NCBI RefSeq assembly: GCF_964204645.1
Contig: NC_134032.1
Span: 5,816,275-5,880,274, forward strand
Source of the DNA: Tubulanus polymorphus
Taxonomy: Eukaryota > Animalia > Nemertea
Direction: 5' to 3'
Length of the DNA: 64,000 bases
In this document: piece after piece, positions 1 through 11,424 of the stretch
Layout of the letters: every line of letters begins with the position of its first letter
Position numbering within the stretch: the first letter of the stretch is position 1
The notes under the pieces: model-generated
The model's database searches: none
The model's input: only the letters and a program-made list of their open reading frames with translations
Told to the model about the DNA's origin: nothing
Translations under genes and position numbers: made by a program

Positions 1-164
1 TTCTGGTTGCGGTATATCGCTAGCAATAGAGGAGCCTATAGTACTAAAATAATCATTAAATAGATTAGCAATAGCTTTACAATTATTTATAACAGTACCA
101 GAGGAGTCTAATAAGGCAGATGGTAATTTTGGAGGGCCCTTCAAGGCTAAGGTCTACATGATGT

Positions 165-1323
165 CCACGAGACGGGAACATAGTGGCCACGGGACTGTGT
201 AGAGAGTAGAGACAGATGTGAAGGGTCGATACGGGAACATCGTGTCCACGGGACTGTGTAGAGAGTGAAGATAGGTTTGAAGGGTCGAGACGGGATCATA
301 GCGTCCATGGGACCGTCTAGAGAGTAGAGACAGATGTGAAGGGTCGAGACGGGAACATGGTGTCCACAGGACTGTCTAGAGAGTAGAGACAGATGTGAAG
401 GGTCGAGACGGGAACATAGTGGCCACGGGACTGTGTAGAGAGTGAAGATAGGTTTGAAGGGTCGAGGCGGGAACATGGTGTCCACGGGACTGTGTAGAGA
501 GTAGAGACAGATGTGAAGTTACGAGACGGGAACACGGTGTCCACCGGACTGTGTAGAGAGTAGAGACAGATGTGAAGGGTCGAGACGGGAACATGGTGTC
601 CACGGGACTGTGTAGAGCGTAGAGACAGATGTGAAGGTTCGAGACGGGAACACGGTGTCCACCGGACTGTGTAGAGAGTAGAGACAGATGTGAAGGGTTG
701 AGACGGGAACATGGTGTCCACGGGACTGTGTAGAGAGTAGAGACAGATGTGAAGGGTCGAGACGGGAACATGGTGGCCATGGGACTGTCTAGAGAGTAGA
801 GACAGATGTGAAGGGTCGAGACGGGAACATGGTGTCCACGGGACTGTGTAGAGAGTGAAGATAGGTTTGAAGGGTCGAGGCGGGAACATGGTGTCCACGG
901 GACTGTGTAGAGAGTAGAGACAGATGTGAAGTTACGAGACGGGAACACGGTGTCCACCGGACTGTGTAGAGAGTAGAGACAGATGTGAAGGGTCGAGACG
1001 GGAACATGGTGTCCACGGGACTGTGTAGAGCGTAGAGACAGATGTGAAGGTTCGAGACGGGAACACGGTGTCCACCGGACTGTGTAGAGAGTAGAGACAG
1101 ATGTGAAGGGTTGAGACGGGAACATGGTGTCCACGGGACTGTGTAGAGAGTAGAGACAGATGTGAAGGGTCGAGACGGGAACATGGTGGCCATGGGACTG
1201 TCTAGAGAGTAGAGACAGATGTGAAGGGTCGAGACGGGAACATGGTGTCCACGGGACTGTGTAGAGAGTAGAGACAGATGTGAAGGGTCGAGACGGGAAC
1301 GTAGTGGCCATGGGACTGTCTAC
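165..1323. repeat. 59-bp tandem repeat (minisatellite), ~19-20 copies, with a 413-bp (7-mer) higher-order duplication
   Basis: Unit GTAGAGACAGATGTGAAGGGTCGAGACGGGAACATGGTGTCCACGGGACTGTGTAGAGA recurs every 59 bp (e.g. 501 and 560). The variant AGTGAAGATAGGTTTGAAGGGTCGAGGCGG recurs at 441 and 854 (413 = 7x59). ORFs here are repeat artefacts. Confidence 0.95.
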
Positions 1324-1737
1324 CCTCTCCTGTCCGCGGGACTGTGGGGTGTAGGGAGTAGAGAGCCTAAACAGACCAGCATGATCAGGGGCGGATCTAG
1401 GATTCATTGAAAACTTTTGAAAAATTCTCAGGAAATGGATTTTGAAAATGACTGTTTACCAGGCACATATACGCGTTACGGCCTAGCTGAAGGCTGGAGA
1501 CGTCACTAACATATATCTAATAATTGCTCGTAGCATCCTACGGCGTCATAGTTATAAAATACTGAGTCGCAACCCCACCCGGTTCTGATTCCGAGGCAGC
1601 GAAGGAACAATCTTATTTCATCTTCTTAATTCAACAAACAGTGGGTTTCTATTTGAAAATCTACATAAGTTGATCCGAAAAGATTCTGACCTAGAGCGCC
1701 AATGTCTGCCGGCTATTTACGCGAAAAAGCCCCCTTT

Positions 1738-1820
1738 AAATTTTTTTTCGAAAGGCATTAGAGGGGGTGCCTAGCCACGGTGGCTAGGCACCCCCTCTAA
1801 TGCCTTTCGAAAAAAAATTT
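1738..1820. repeat. Perfect palindrome, 41-bp arms, 1-nt spacer
   Basis: AAATTTTTTTTCGAAAGGCATTAGAGGGGGTGCCTAGCCAC-G-GTGGCTAGGCACCCCCTCTAATGCCTTTCGAAAAAAAATTT. Confidence 0.95.
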
Positions 1821-3760
1821 GGCACCTTATTATTCACCCTGGAAATTTGCCTGTTTAAAGAAACTCGATCTATAGAAACCAAGGCCCAAGTCGGATATAG
1901 CATAGTATAGTGCCTTGGCGTAGAGTTAATAAGTTGTGCGGTTAATGTATCAGGGCATTAATACATTGGCGCATGAATACATTGATATTTGGGTATTAAT
2001 GCGCTGCAAAGGAACAGTTCATGTACAGGTTGACCGACGACTAGTGACAGTTGACTACTGTGATGGACCGGTAAAGTCTGGTATCCGGCTTTTACCGAGT
2101 CCAAATCCGTATTCTAGTGACCCCGTATTGTGCGGTCGACGGATGACACGATGCAATGTTGTCGCCAATTTATTTACAAGGATCGTGGTGACAAAAATGA
2201 GAGACAATAGAGTGCATAGACCTATATCATCCGCCGGTTGACGGTCGACGGACGACACGTCGCATGTTGTCGCCAATGTATGTACAAGCATCGTTGGTTG
2301 ACTGGTTGACGGGTGACCACAAAACACAAACAAACAAGAGAAGTAAATCTAAACTGAAACAGTAAACTATAAGCATCAGCTGCGAAAGTTTCATTTTTTA
2401 TTAGAGCCGGCACGTATCGACGTCGTTCTGTAGCAATGTGAACAATGCCATATTTCACCGTCCCCTCATTTGTTTTTTGGGAGGCGCATTTCACGATGAC
2501 AGTGATGAAAATAAATATTGAATCTCCTGTGAATTTGAATGCTTAACCGTGTTGAAACTAATATCAGAGAACTGGAATTGACTAAAGAAAAATAGAAATG
2601 CAATCTGTATTTTAAGTATGGGGTTTATCGTGTATTTGGTCACGTGGTGTGTTTGGTGTATGAAGTAAATAGATCGTTAATAGTTAATTTGTTAGTTGGT
2701 AGATACGTCGACACGTTGACACATGGAATGTAAATGGCTGGCGAAGTGAATGTGTCGACATGACAACTCTCTTTGGGATACACATAAACCGAACAACGCA
2801 GTAAGCATACGCGAAGGAACTATACTATGCAATACCCTACTTGAGCCGAAACGAACTGTTAAACGCGTGTCATTCATTGAATATCTAATCACAATTGAAA
2901 ATACTAAGCTCTAACAGTAAAGATACATCTGGAGTAAACCGATTACTCATTATCTCGACGAAAAATGTTTTCCCTTAAAAAAAACTTCGCATCGAATTTC
3001 AAATTAATGTTAAAATCGAAATCGAAGCCGTTTTCCTCATTCGATCTTTTTCTTTGTCTAAATGAAAAGTTTTAGAAAATGTAATTGACTTTTTAGAAAT
3101 TGTTGCTTAGTTTCACTACTCATCGTCGTTCTCCAACCATTTATCACATGCGAAAACCTGAATCTGATACTCGCTGCAGTGTTTTAGTTCAAATAATCGA
3201 CTGTGGTGGCGCTATCGTACGGTAGGGTCGAGACGGGAACGGGTCGAGACAGTAACGGGTCGAGAGGGGAACGTGGATGGCTCATATATATATGCTTTTG
3301 ACGAGCTAATGCCATACAGTGTGAGTAGGTTCGAATCCCATATTGTGCTTCGGGCGCAATTTATACCTACTTTGCGGTCTGTTCATAGCGGGTGTACAAT
3401 CATAGCTTCCAACTGTAATTTCCTCTCATGCTACGGTTATTGCCGTTGTTTAATTAAACCCCAAAAGTTTGATTTTTGGTTCTGGCCGTGGAGAATAGAA
3501 TACACGGAATTTAGAGAATTGGACCATCTACCCACACGACTGAACCTCTAAGTGAAGATCGAAACAATACAGTAATACTTTTTCACATTTAAAATTTATT
3601 TTATCAATAAGAAAAATGTATAGCAAAAAACAAAAACTGGACAATAATCTAAATAAAAACGATTTACGTTGCTCAAAAGATTAGAAAATTCGCTAAATCC
3701 GGATCACTAGCAGGGGATGGGAAATTTTGTCAATTGAACGAAATGCGAATAATGTGTTTT

Positions 3761-4506
3761 CGAACTTAAAAACGTTTTTCACTAGCAAAAACGTTGTCTG
3801 AAAAACGTTTTCTGTCTTGGTGTAGGGCCGGTAGGCCTACTGTAAATTAATAACATTAAATCAAAGAAATGGACAATTTTAGTCCGAAATATATTGTGAA
3901 AATCCGAATGTAACCAAACCGAATTAAACGATTTATTTACTTTAATTGATGGTGACAACGCAATTTTGATTCTCACCTGGCCCAATTTTCAATTATAAAA
4001 ATCATCGTATACGATAGAAATATGTTAGTGAACTGTTGTCCATTTCTTTGACTCAATGTTATTAATTTACAGTAGGCCTACCGGCCCTACACCAAGACGA
4101 AATCATTTTAGAAAGCACCATGGTGCCTTCTAAAGCCTCACGGAAAATTATCGTAATAAATGGATTCCGTATCCTATATTTACAGTGAATCAAGAGGTTT
4201 TAAACCTATATCTTATGCAAATAGAACCAAAATCAGTGCGACTTAAAATAAACTGTAAATTATCATGTGAGTTATCATTTGACATCAACCGAAATCAGTT
4301 TTTGTATCGGCTAAAGCCCTACGCACACGGCAAAACATTTGTTTCGCCGAAACAGAAAACGTTTTTCAGAAAAGTTTTTGCTAGTGAAAAACGTTTTTAA
4401 GTTCGGCGTTTTGTTTTGCCTCCCCCGCACTCGGCATAACAAAAAATCATCTATAACGTTTTTTCACGAGGAAAAAACGTTTTTTCGGTGCCGTGTGCGT
4501 TGGGCT
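3761..4506. mobile_element. Cluster of short inverted-repeat (MITE-like) pieces
   Basis: IR pairs ~3814-3876/4036-4098 (GTCTTGGTGTAGGGCCGGTAGGCCTACTGTAAATTAAT...), 3761-3815/4352-4405, and 4315-4332/4489-4506 (AGCCCTACGCACACGGCA / TGCCGTGTGCGTTGGGCT). Confidence 0.6.
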
Positions 4507-5909
4507 AAATGATATACGTTGTTTCTCATAATCAGCTGGAATGATTCTTAATATGTAAACTGCAATACAATTTGAAATCAGTTCCTGCCAGGTCTGCAAT
4601 TTTTGTAGTACCTTCATGGCAAAAAGTAACAGGGGAGATGTGGAAGAGTACAGAGCTACGTATTACAGAGCTATTCGTCCGTGCCCAAGAGAACGGTAGA
4701 CCATGTTGTGTAGTTTGAGACCAAGAAATTTGGAAGTCCAACTTTGAATAAGCAACCGTTTTCTGAAAACTACTAATTCTCTCCTACGCGGAATATTAAA
4801 TCAACATCTACAAATGCATCTAAAGATACTGAAATAATTCGATTTTATTTTTCTAGTCTTATACTCTAACCACAACTAAAGGACGTTTGACTGTTGTTTC
4901 TCGATTTCAAGCTAGGAACAGGAGTCGGAATCGGGAAGTTGAAAATAGGCCTACTGAGGCGAGGTCCGACTTAGAAAACCCTATACATTCAGAATTTCTT
5001 TGAATAATCATAACACCCCCTGAGACAATGTGTCAATTTCAGTGGTACATTGGTAATGGAGTTAATCATTCCGTGAAAGTGAACACGGGCACAGAAGCAC
5101 GACAAACCTACGTAAAATGAAATATCACAAAACAACCTTTTAAGAAACATTCAAACTCGCCTGAATTATCATTTGGATGATTTATCAACATAATGACAGT
5201 TTTAAATTACGGTACCAGAAAAGCTAGTTAGCCTAATATTAAATTTCGTTTATCGTACCGAAGGTACGTACGTTCGGCAAATCTTTCCAGATCCGTTCTA
5301 ACTACGATAGCTGAAATCACAGGAAGAAGATATTTCCTGCAAGTTAATATTTTTGTGCCCAAAAAGGTCAAAGAAATTCTGAAAGACATCACTTCTCTTC
5401 AGCTGCACCAATGTATACGGTGCCAACTTGACTTACTCCTGCGCTGCATCTATGAACCCTGCATAGATTTCGAATGACGCGCTCGTGGTACCGGGATTAG
5501 ATCTGTAGAAGTAACATTAGCAATAAATGGTGAATGTTGAACCTGGTACTATTATTCACGGTACCGCTTCATTCCGTCATCTCCATTCCGTTCCCAGGCT
5601 AACATCAACCAAATTGCGGATGGCTACTAGAATTACGTTCGTCTCAGAGAGAAAACAAACGACAGAAAAGTATCAGGTGATTATCGATAGCCTACTACGG
5701 TACACACAGTTGACAAACCTTGGAGTAATCATTGAAATGATTACTCCAAGGACAAACAGTGTTAGGCCTGTGCCGGTTGGTGACTGGGACTAAATATACT
5801 GGTTGGTCAGTTGGTTGGTTCGGTTGTGAAGAGTGGAAGCTAAAAGAAAGCCTACCGGTATTTATTTGTCTAGGCCTATTATATAGTAGCCAATACCATT
5901 TTTTAAGTA

Positions 5910-6245
5910 CGAAGTTGTTACGCGTACGTGACTGTACGGTGATATCCACAGGTTAACCGTACGTGAGTTCCCTAAAAACGCGCCGTACGTGAGTTCCTAT
6001 AATCTGCAAACGCGCATGCGTGAAATAATAGAATTTGGGTAAGGTGAGGCTAGGCTATTTGTAAATCAAATTTCATTCACCCTGCTGTTACGTTCCGTGG
6101 CACAGTGGGTAAATCACTGGACCACAACTGGATTTTTTTTTTCGTTTGGTTTCGAATCCCAATATTGCAAGTCTTAGCGTCAACGTACTCACATACGGCT
6201 AACCTGTAGAAATTACCGTACAGTCACGTACAGGTAACAACAGCG
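5910..6245. mobile_element. Mutator-like MITE with ~60-bp imperfect TIRs and a tRNA-like core
   Basis: TIRs CGAAGTTGTTACGCGTACGTGACTGTACGGT... / ...ACCGTACAGTCACGTACAGGTAACAACAGCG. The 9-bp flanks TTTTAAGTA (5901-5909) and TATTAAGTA (6246-6254) match 8/9. Internal TGGCACAGTGG and GGTTTCGAATCCC resemble A and B boxes. Confidence 0.6.
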
Positions 6246-8700
6246 TATTAAGTATTATGTGAGTGCGACAAGCCTACCATGCCTATGTACTACAAACACA
6301 ACTTTTTCCCTCTCGTCGGCCCTACAGTGATGTTACTATAACTGGTGCAATTATAACATGGATAGGATTTGGTCAGGACTAGCCTAAAGTCTAATTCAGT
6401 CTATGTACTAATTCACTCGATAGACCTATTTTTAAAACAATACAGTGAAGTATTCACACGCAGAAAGGCTAATTGATTTGAGCCATGTAATTAAATTTGG
6501 CCAGGCCTTCTCTGACCTGCTGACATTAACAGTCAAACCAAAACGTTCATGTGGTCACGGCTTGTAGGCCTATACCAGAAATCATTGTAGGCCTGTACAT
6601 TTTGCTGTTCGTAGGTTTGGTATACCGATTTCTCCATTCTTGACTGATAAGTGTACGGTACAGCTGTACGCATTATACAATTGTTCGAATGGGAATAGGG
6701 CCTATTGATCGGGCTTATTATTTCCTGCGTTAGAATACTGAAATAAGCCCAACGTTCATTCAAATATCCAACATCGGTGAAAGTTTGATTACTGTATACA
6801 TGTACTGTAGGTTTTCATGTTGTCTGAATATTTTGCAGTTCAAATGGGTATGATGCTGATTCCAATGTCAAACGCATGCAGTTAGATGGTCAAGGACAGT
6901 CAACACCAAGATATCTCTCTTCGACCGATGTTGCACCATAGAAGATCTGATTCTTTCAACTCAAGGAAAATGATTCAACACGATCGACATAACACTGGAA
7001 TAGGTTTGCAGTAACTAACGGTTCATTTCATTTAGTCCTATGTACTTTTTAGCCAATTTTGATTTGATTGTAATTGAAACTCTGGAACTTTTTACAGAAG
7101 ACAAGTTGAAAAAAAAGTTATGCTTGATTCTCATGTTCAAATTTAATTCAAATTCAAATTTATTTTGTTACATCATATTTACAAAGCATATCATTGGTTC
7201 ATACAGTAATAAAAATTAGGACAGAACAAATATTATTACAGAATTTCCAAAAAGGCAATGAATTTCTATAACTACATGAAAATTAGTTTTCTTATAACTC
7301 AGATCAAGAGTGACTCTCCGGTTTATTAGGAAACACACGCAACTAGTGGAATAGGTTTGATTGACACACATATTGTTGCAGGTATCAATTGTTTATCACT
7401 ATAGAATTTGTAATCCATAAAAGCCAAAATCAACATCAGCCGGAAACCCAGACCAGATCAATTCATAATTTATTGATTGAATCTACACTACAATATATGT
7501 ATTTATTCAAATATTTCAATAAAAACATTAACTTCTTAAATCTATTCAAAATCATAATACGTTCTTATCTGTAAATTCACTCAATCTATCGACTCAGCAG
7601 GTGCTTAAGATGAGTTCTTATTAGGACAGATCCATTTTTAAGCATGGTGATAATACAGTATCATGATGTTTGAATGCCAAAATAAATGCCTGGTCAAATA
7701 GATTAATATTTGTTGATTGTACGTCCGCGTATGTTCGGTTTCAAAGCTGAATCATATTTGACGTTTACACAGTGGTAGCATATTAGGTTCGAATCTGTCA
7801 ATGCATTTTATAAGATGTATCGATATTTCAATTTACTACAATTCCCATCTTTCTGAATGGCTTTGCAGAAAACCCGTCATCGCTGCTTGGCAGCTATATT
7901 TTGATTTAAGATACTCAGCTGTTGCTACTAGTGCTTAGTAGCTTCATCAGGTAAACCAGTAATGTCAACGGAAAAAGCGAACAGTATTAATAGAAAGAGT
8001 GACACAAACTAGAAAATACGTACTGAGTGAGTTGTACAACTCATACTTCAGTTTATTCTTCTGGTAACGACAATACTTGACGTGCAATTCATATCTACCC
8101 AAATTCAATAACAATTCATCACATAATGGGTCTTTTTGTGAAAAAACAGGCAGGCTAAAGTAAAGCTACATACATAAGTTTATATTACATCACATTTCCT
8201 AGAGGAGAAAAGTAATGTCATTTCAGCAAGCATGATATACATGATTTAGCAATGTGGTCTTAGCACCTCTTATAAGTTTTGCATGTGTTTTTCATTAAAA
8301 TCGGAATTGATAATAAAGTTGCCCGTAGTAAAATTGTTTTGCTGCCGAATTTCTATTTGCGTTTTCTTTCTCTTTTCCAAGATATCTTGCGCCACCTGAG
8401 AGGTTTATGAGGATATAATCGAAGTTAAGTTATACAAGTACTACACAAGCTTGTATCGTACAAACTTGTATTCATCATTAATGATAAAGATATTTTTCAG
8501 ATAATCAGAATTCACCGCGAAAAACTTAAATTATACGTTTTTAGCTGACCCAGAATTAGTGAACAACCTGTAACAGATTAATCCATTTCGGCCCTTATAT
8601 TTTCACCAAGCAAACAGCCTTCCCGAAATACGTCATGGAAATAGCTTAAACATACGTGTTACGACATCCGTTTTAACGAATATTCAAGGAAATGTATTAG

Positions 8701-8764
8701 TAAGTCGTAAAACGTAAATCGTAACTCGTAAAACGTAAGTCGTAATTCGTAAAACGTAACTCGT
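8701..8764. repeat. 7-bp microsatellite (NNCGTAA)n
   Basis: TAAGTCGTAAAACGTAAATCGTAACTCGTAAAACGTAAGTCGTAATTCGTAAAACGTAACTCGT. Confidence 0.8.
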
Positions 8765-9917
8765 GGAAGTCGTATGGCCCTTGAAGTATTCCATACTAAA
8801 AGATTGTTTACCAACTTTCTTTTTCGAAAATTGTCTTTTGAAAAACAAATCATTGTTTGTTGCGCGTAGTTGATGAGCAGGCACATACTCTTCTAAAACC
8901 TCATTGAGATAAGATGGTCAAGACCTTTATGGCGTAGTGAATAACAGCTTGAAGTCCGAACGGTATGATGAGACAGGACGCCAATGTAACTATTTTAAAA
9001 CCGGGGTGATATGTTTTCTACGACTAGTTTTGGTTACAAGCATAGCAGCATTATTTTGAAACAATTGAAGTTCATTTTGTAAAGAAACGGGTGATACAGA
9101 CGGAAGTGAATTTGCATAATCCAGACGTGATATAACTAATGAATTATTTGCAAATTTTACATTGATTGAGTACCTAGGAAATGACGAATTTTGCTTAAAA
9201 AATATAAATGATAATTAGCTTTCCGGCAGAAAATGAATATGATCGGTAAATGGATGTCTAGATGCCTACATAAATCATCCTCGCTTGCCAGGGGTCCGGT
9301 ATCGCTCCCCGAGCTCTTTTCCACCAGCCCCCTGGTCTCACGACGCGCGATTTCATTACTAGCATGACGTCATATATTGACTTGCGAAATACTTCCTTGT
9401 TTGGTAAAACGTTCGCTGATTGGTCCATTTAATGGGAACTCCAACAGAAGTCGGCTGGTAACGATAGACTGGTCGCCTGTCCAATTCTGCGTCACCTGCA
9501 TTCGCAGACAGAATAGTCTTACTGAAGGTAGAGACCGGCAACCAGTCGACTGGTAACGACTCCAATTACGACTAGGGTCAAGGGGTTCGGGGAACAGCTT
9601 TAGCGTAGTGAGTTCGAATCCCTTGACGGGTGAAGATCACATAAATCGACCTATCAAATTACTTGCCGTTAGTCTGGACGGAAACACTTGATCGCCTTCA
9701 TGAATCCGCTCTATGACATTATCGAATTATGCCTTATCTTCTTGACTTATTCTGATAAAACCAGGTACACTTCAAGATCATCAGCAGTTAGGTTCACTCA
9801 TGACTCCGGTCAGTGATGATGAATTTGAAATTGTCTCGCAGGTGTCTGGACCGGTATGCATGGAAAACTGGGGCTAGGGGGGAATAGATGCGATAAACGG
9901 GGATCCTACTATATCAT

Positions 9918-10209
9918 CAGGGTGGCCACATACCTGGAAATCTAAGGAATCGGAGAAAAGTCGGGAAATATTCTTTTCATTGAAAGATTTTGGAATTTTG
10001 TTTTAAAAGTTAGAAATCGGGGGATAAGTCCGGGAAAATGTTGAGATTGCTAGATCGCACATCAAATCAAACAGTTTCCATCTACGTATGTCTTGGCGTG
10101 ATTTGACCTGCGTTAATCGATTGAATTCTTGCAGATCAAGTCGGGGAAAACAACATGCATGTCGGGGATTAGTCGGGAAAAAGCATGTCAAATAAATATG
10201 GCCACCCTG
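9918..10209. mobile_element. hAT-like MITE
   Basis: Termini CAGGGTGGCCA...TGGCCACCCTG with internal repeated GTCGGGAAA motifs. No 8-bp TSD preserved. Confidence 0.55.
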
Positions 10210-11128
10210 AATCAGACTCCGTTTTTCCGGGAGTCGATTGCCTCCGATCACCGCATGCCAATTTTCTCATTCTAATAACGGCCCATCTCTGCTCCAACTG
10301 ACCCCCAGAAATAAGGTACATCAGGGAAAATGAATTGATCCCGCGAGACCCGAGGCAAGCAGATTCTACTTATACGTGTGTATTATTATATTAGTTGACT
10401 CATCCAGGTGTCTCAACTCCTGATAAGGATTTCTTTATTCATCAATGTTTTTTAGCATCGACCGGCGGCCTGGCTAGGCGACACTGATGGTATGTAGATT
10501 TACATTTAAATTCGATAGAAAATTGACCTACATCTTGAATTCTAAATCTGTCAAGCGCTGTCTCCGAGGAAGGGTTAACCCATGTTTGAGCCGTCCGGTG
10601 CGTCCCATAAAGATCGTCCCGTATCGACTCCTATCTGAGAACTTTGCAAAGAATGAAGAACTTAACTCGTTAGTACTCAGTAATTTTACTATGTTATCAC
10701 GCACTTGTATGGAGTGATCTACAGGTATATAGCATGAACTTTACTCCAGTTATATTTTCGGCAATCCCATCTAACACATCCTGATGGTTGAATTCTCGGT
10801 AACTGGGAGTTGGCGAACGTAATCGATAATTCCTTATCTAATTCCACCATGATTTATTGATTGGATGAAACACTACGATAAACAAGATTTCAACACTTAA
10901 CTTGAGCTCTACCTAAAGTACGCCTGAACGTTCCGACATATTGAATGATATTCTCGCGTGTCGTCCCAGGTCTTCCACTGATGACGACCGATTTTTTTCA
11001 TTAGTAACTTAGCAGTTGCCGAATTCGCCGTATATGGCGCCACAATGCAGTACTCTGTGAATTGATCACGTTTCGGCGGTTTTTTCTGATCCGGCGCGTT
11101 CAGTCGAAACAATCCACCTCGCAACGCG

Positions 11129-11424
11129 ATGAAACAACTCTACGAACTAATTCGCGCTTTGCTCGACGCTACGATTGCTCAGTTTTGGAGCGTTGTGCAT
11201 TTTTTCGTCAGCCCAGCACCGAAATGTGTCCGCGGCAAAGTGGTATTGATAACGGGCGCTGCGTCGCCGAACGGTATCGGACACTGGCTGGCGGTGAAAT
11301 TCGCAGAACTCGGCTCCGTGCTGGTTCTGTGGGATATCGATAAACTGGGCCTGCAAGCGACAGCAGAGGAGATACAAACTCGAAATCCAGACACGAAGGT
11401 TTTTACGTTCGTTTGCGATGTCGG
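11129..11424 (+). CDS. SDR16C-family short-chain dehydrogenase/reductase (retinol dehydrogenase RDH10/SDR16C5/HSD17B11-like), coding exon 1 of 5
   Basis: Hydrophobic N-terminal anchor, KVVLITGAASPNGIG Rossmann motif, LVLWDI, FVCDVG. Donor GG|GTAAGT at 11424/11425 (phase 2). Confidence 0.9.

Noticed and set aside
147-1407. Long ORFs of 112-343 aa
   Set aside because: They are translations of the 59-bp tandem repeat, open in several frames.
7134-8300. Possible LINE remnant with an (ATTCAA)n tail
   Set aside because: The tail is visible but no diagnostic RT motif could be read confidently.
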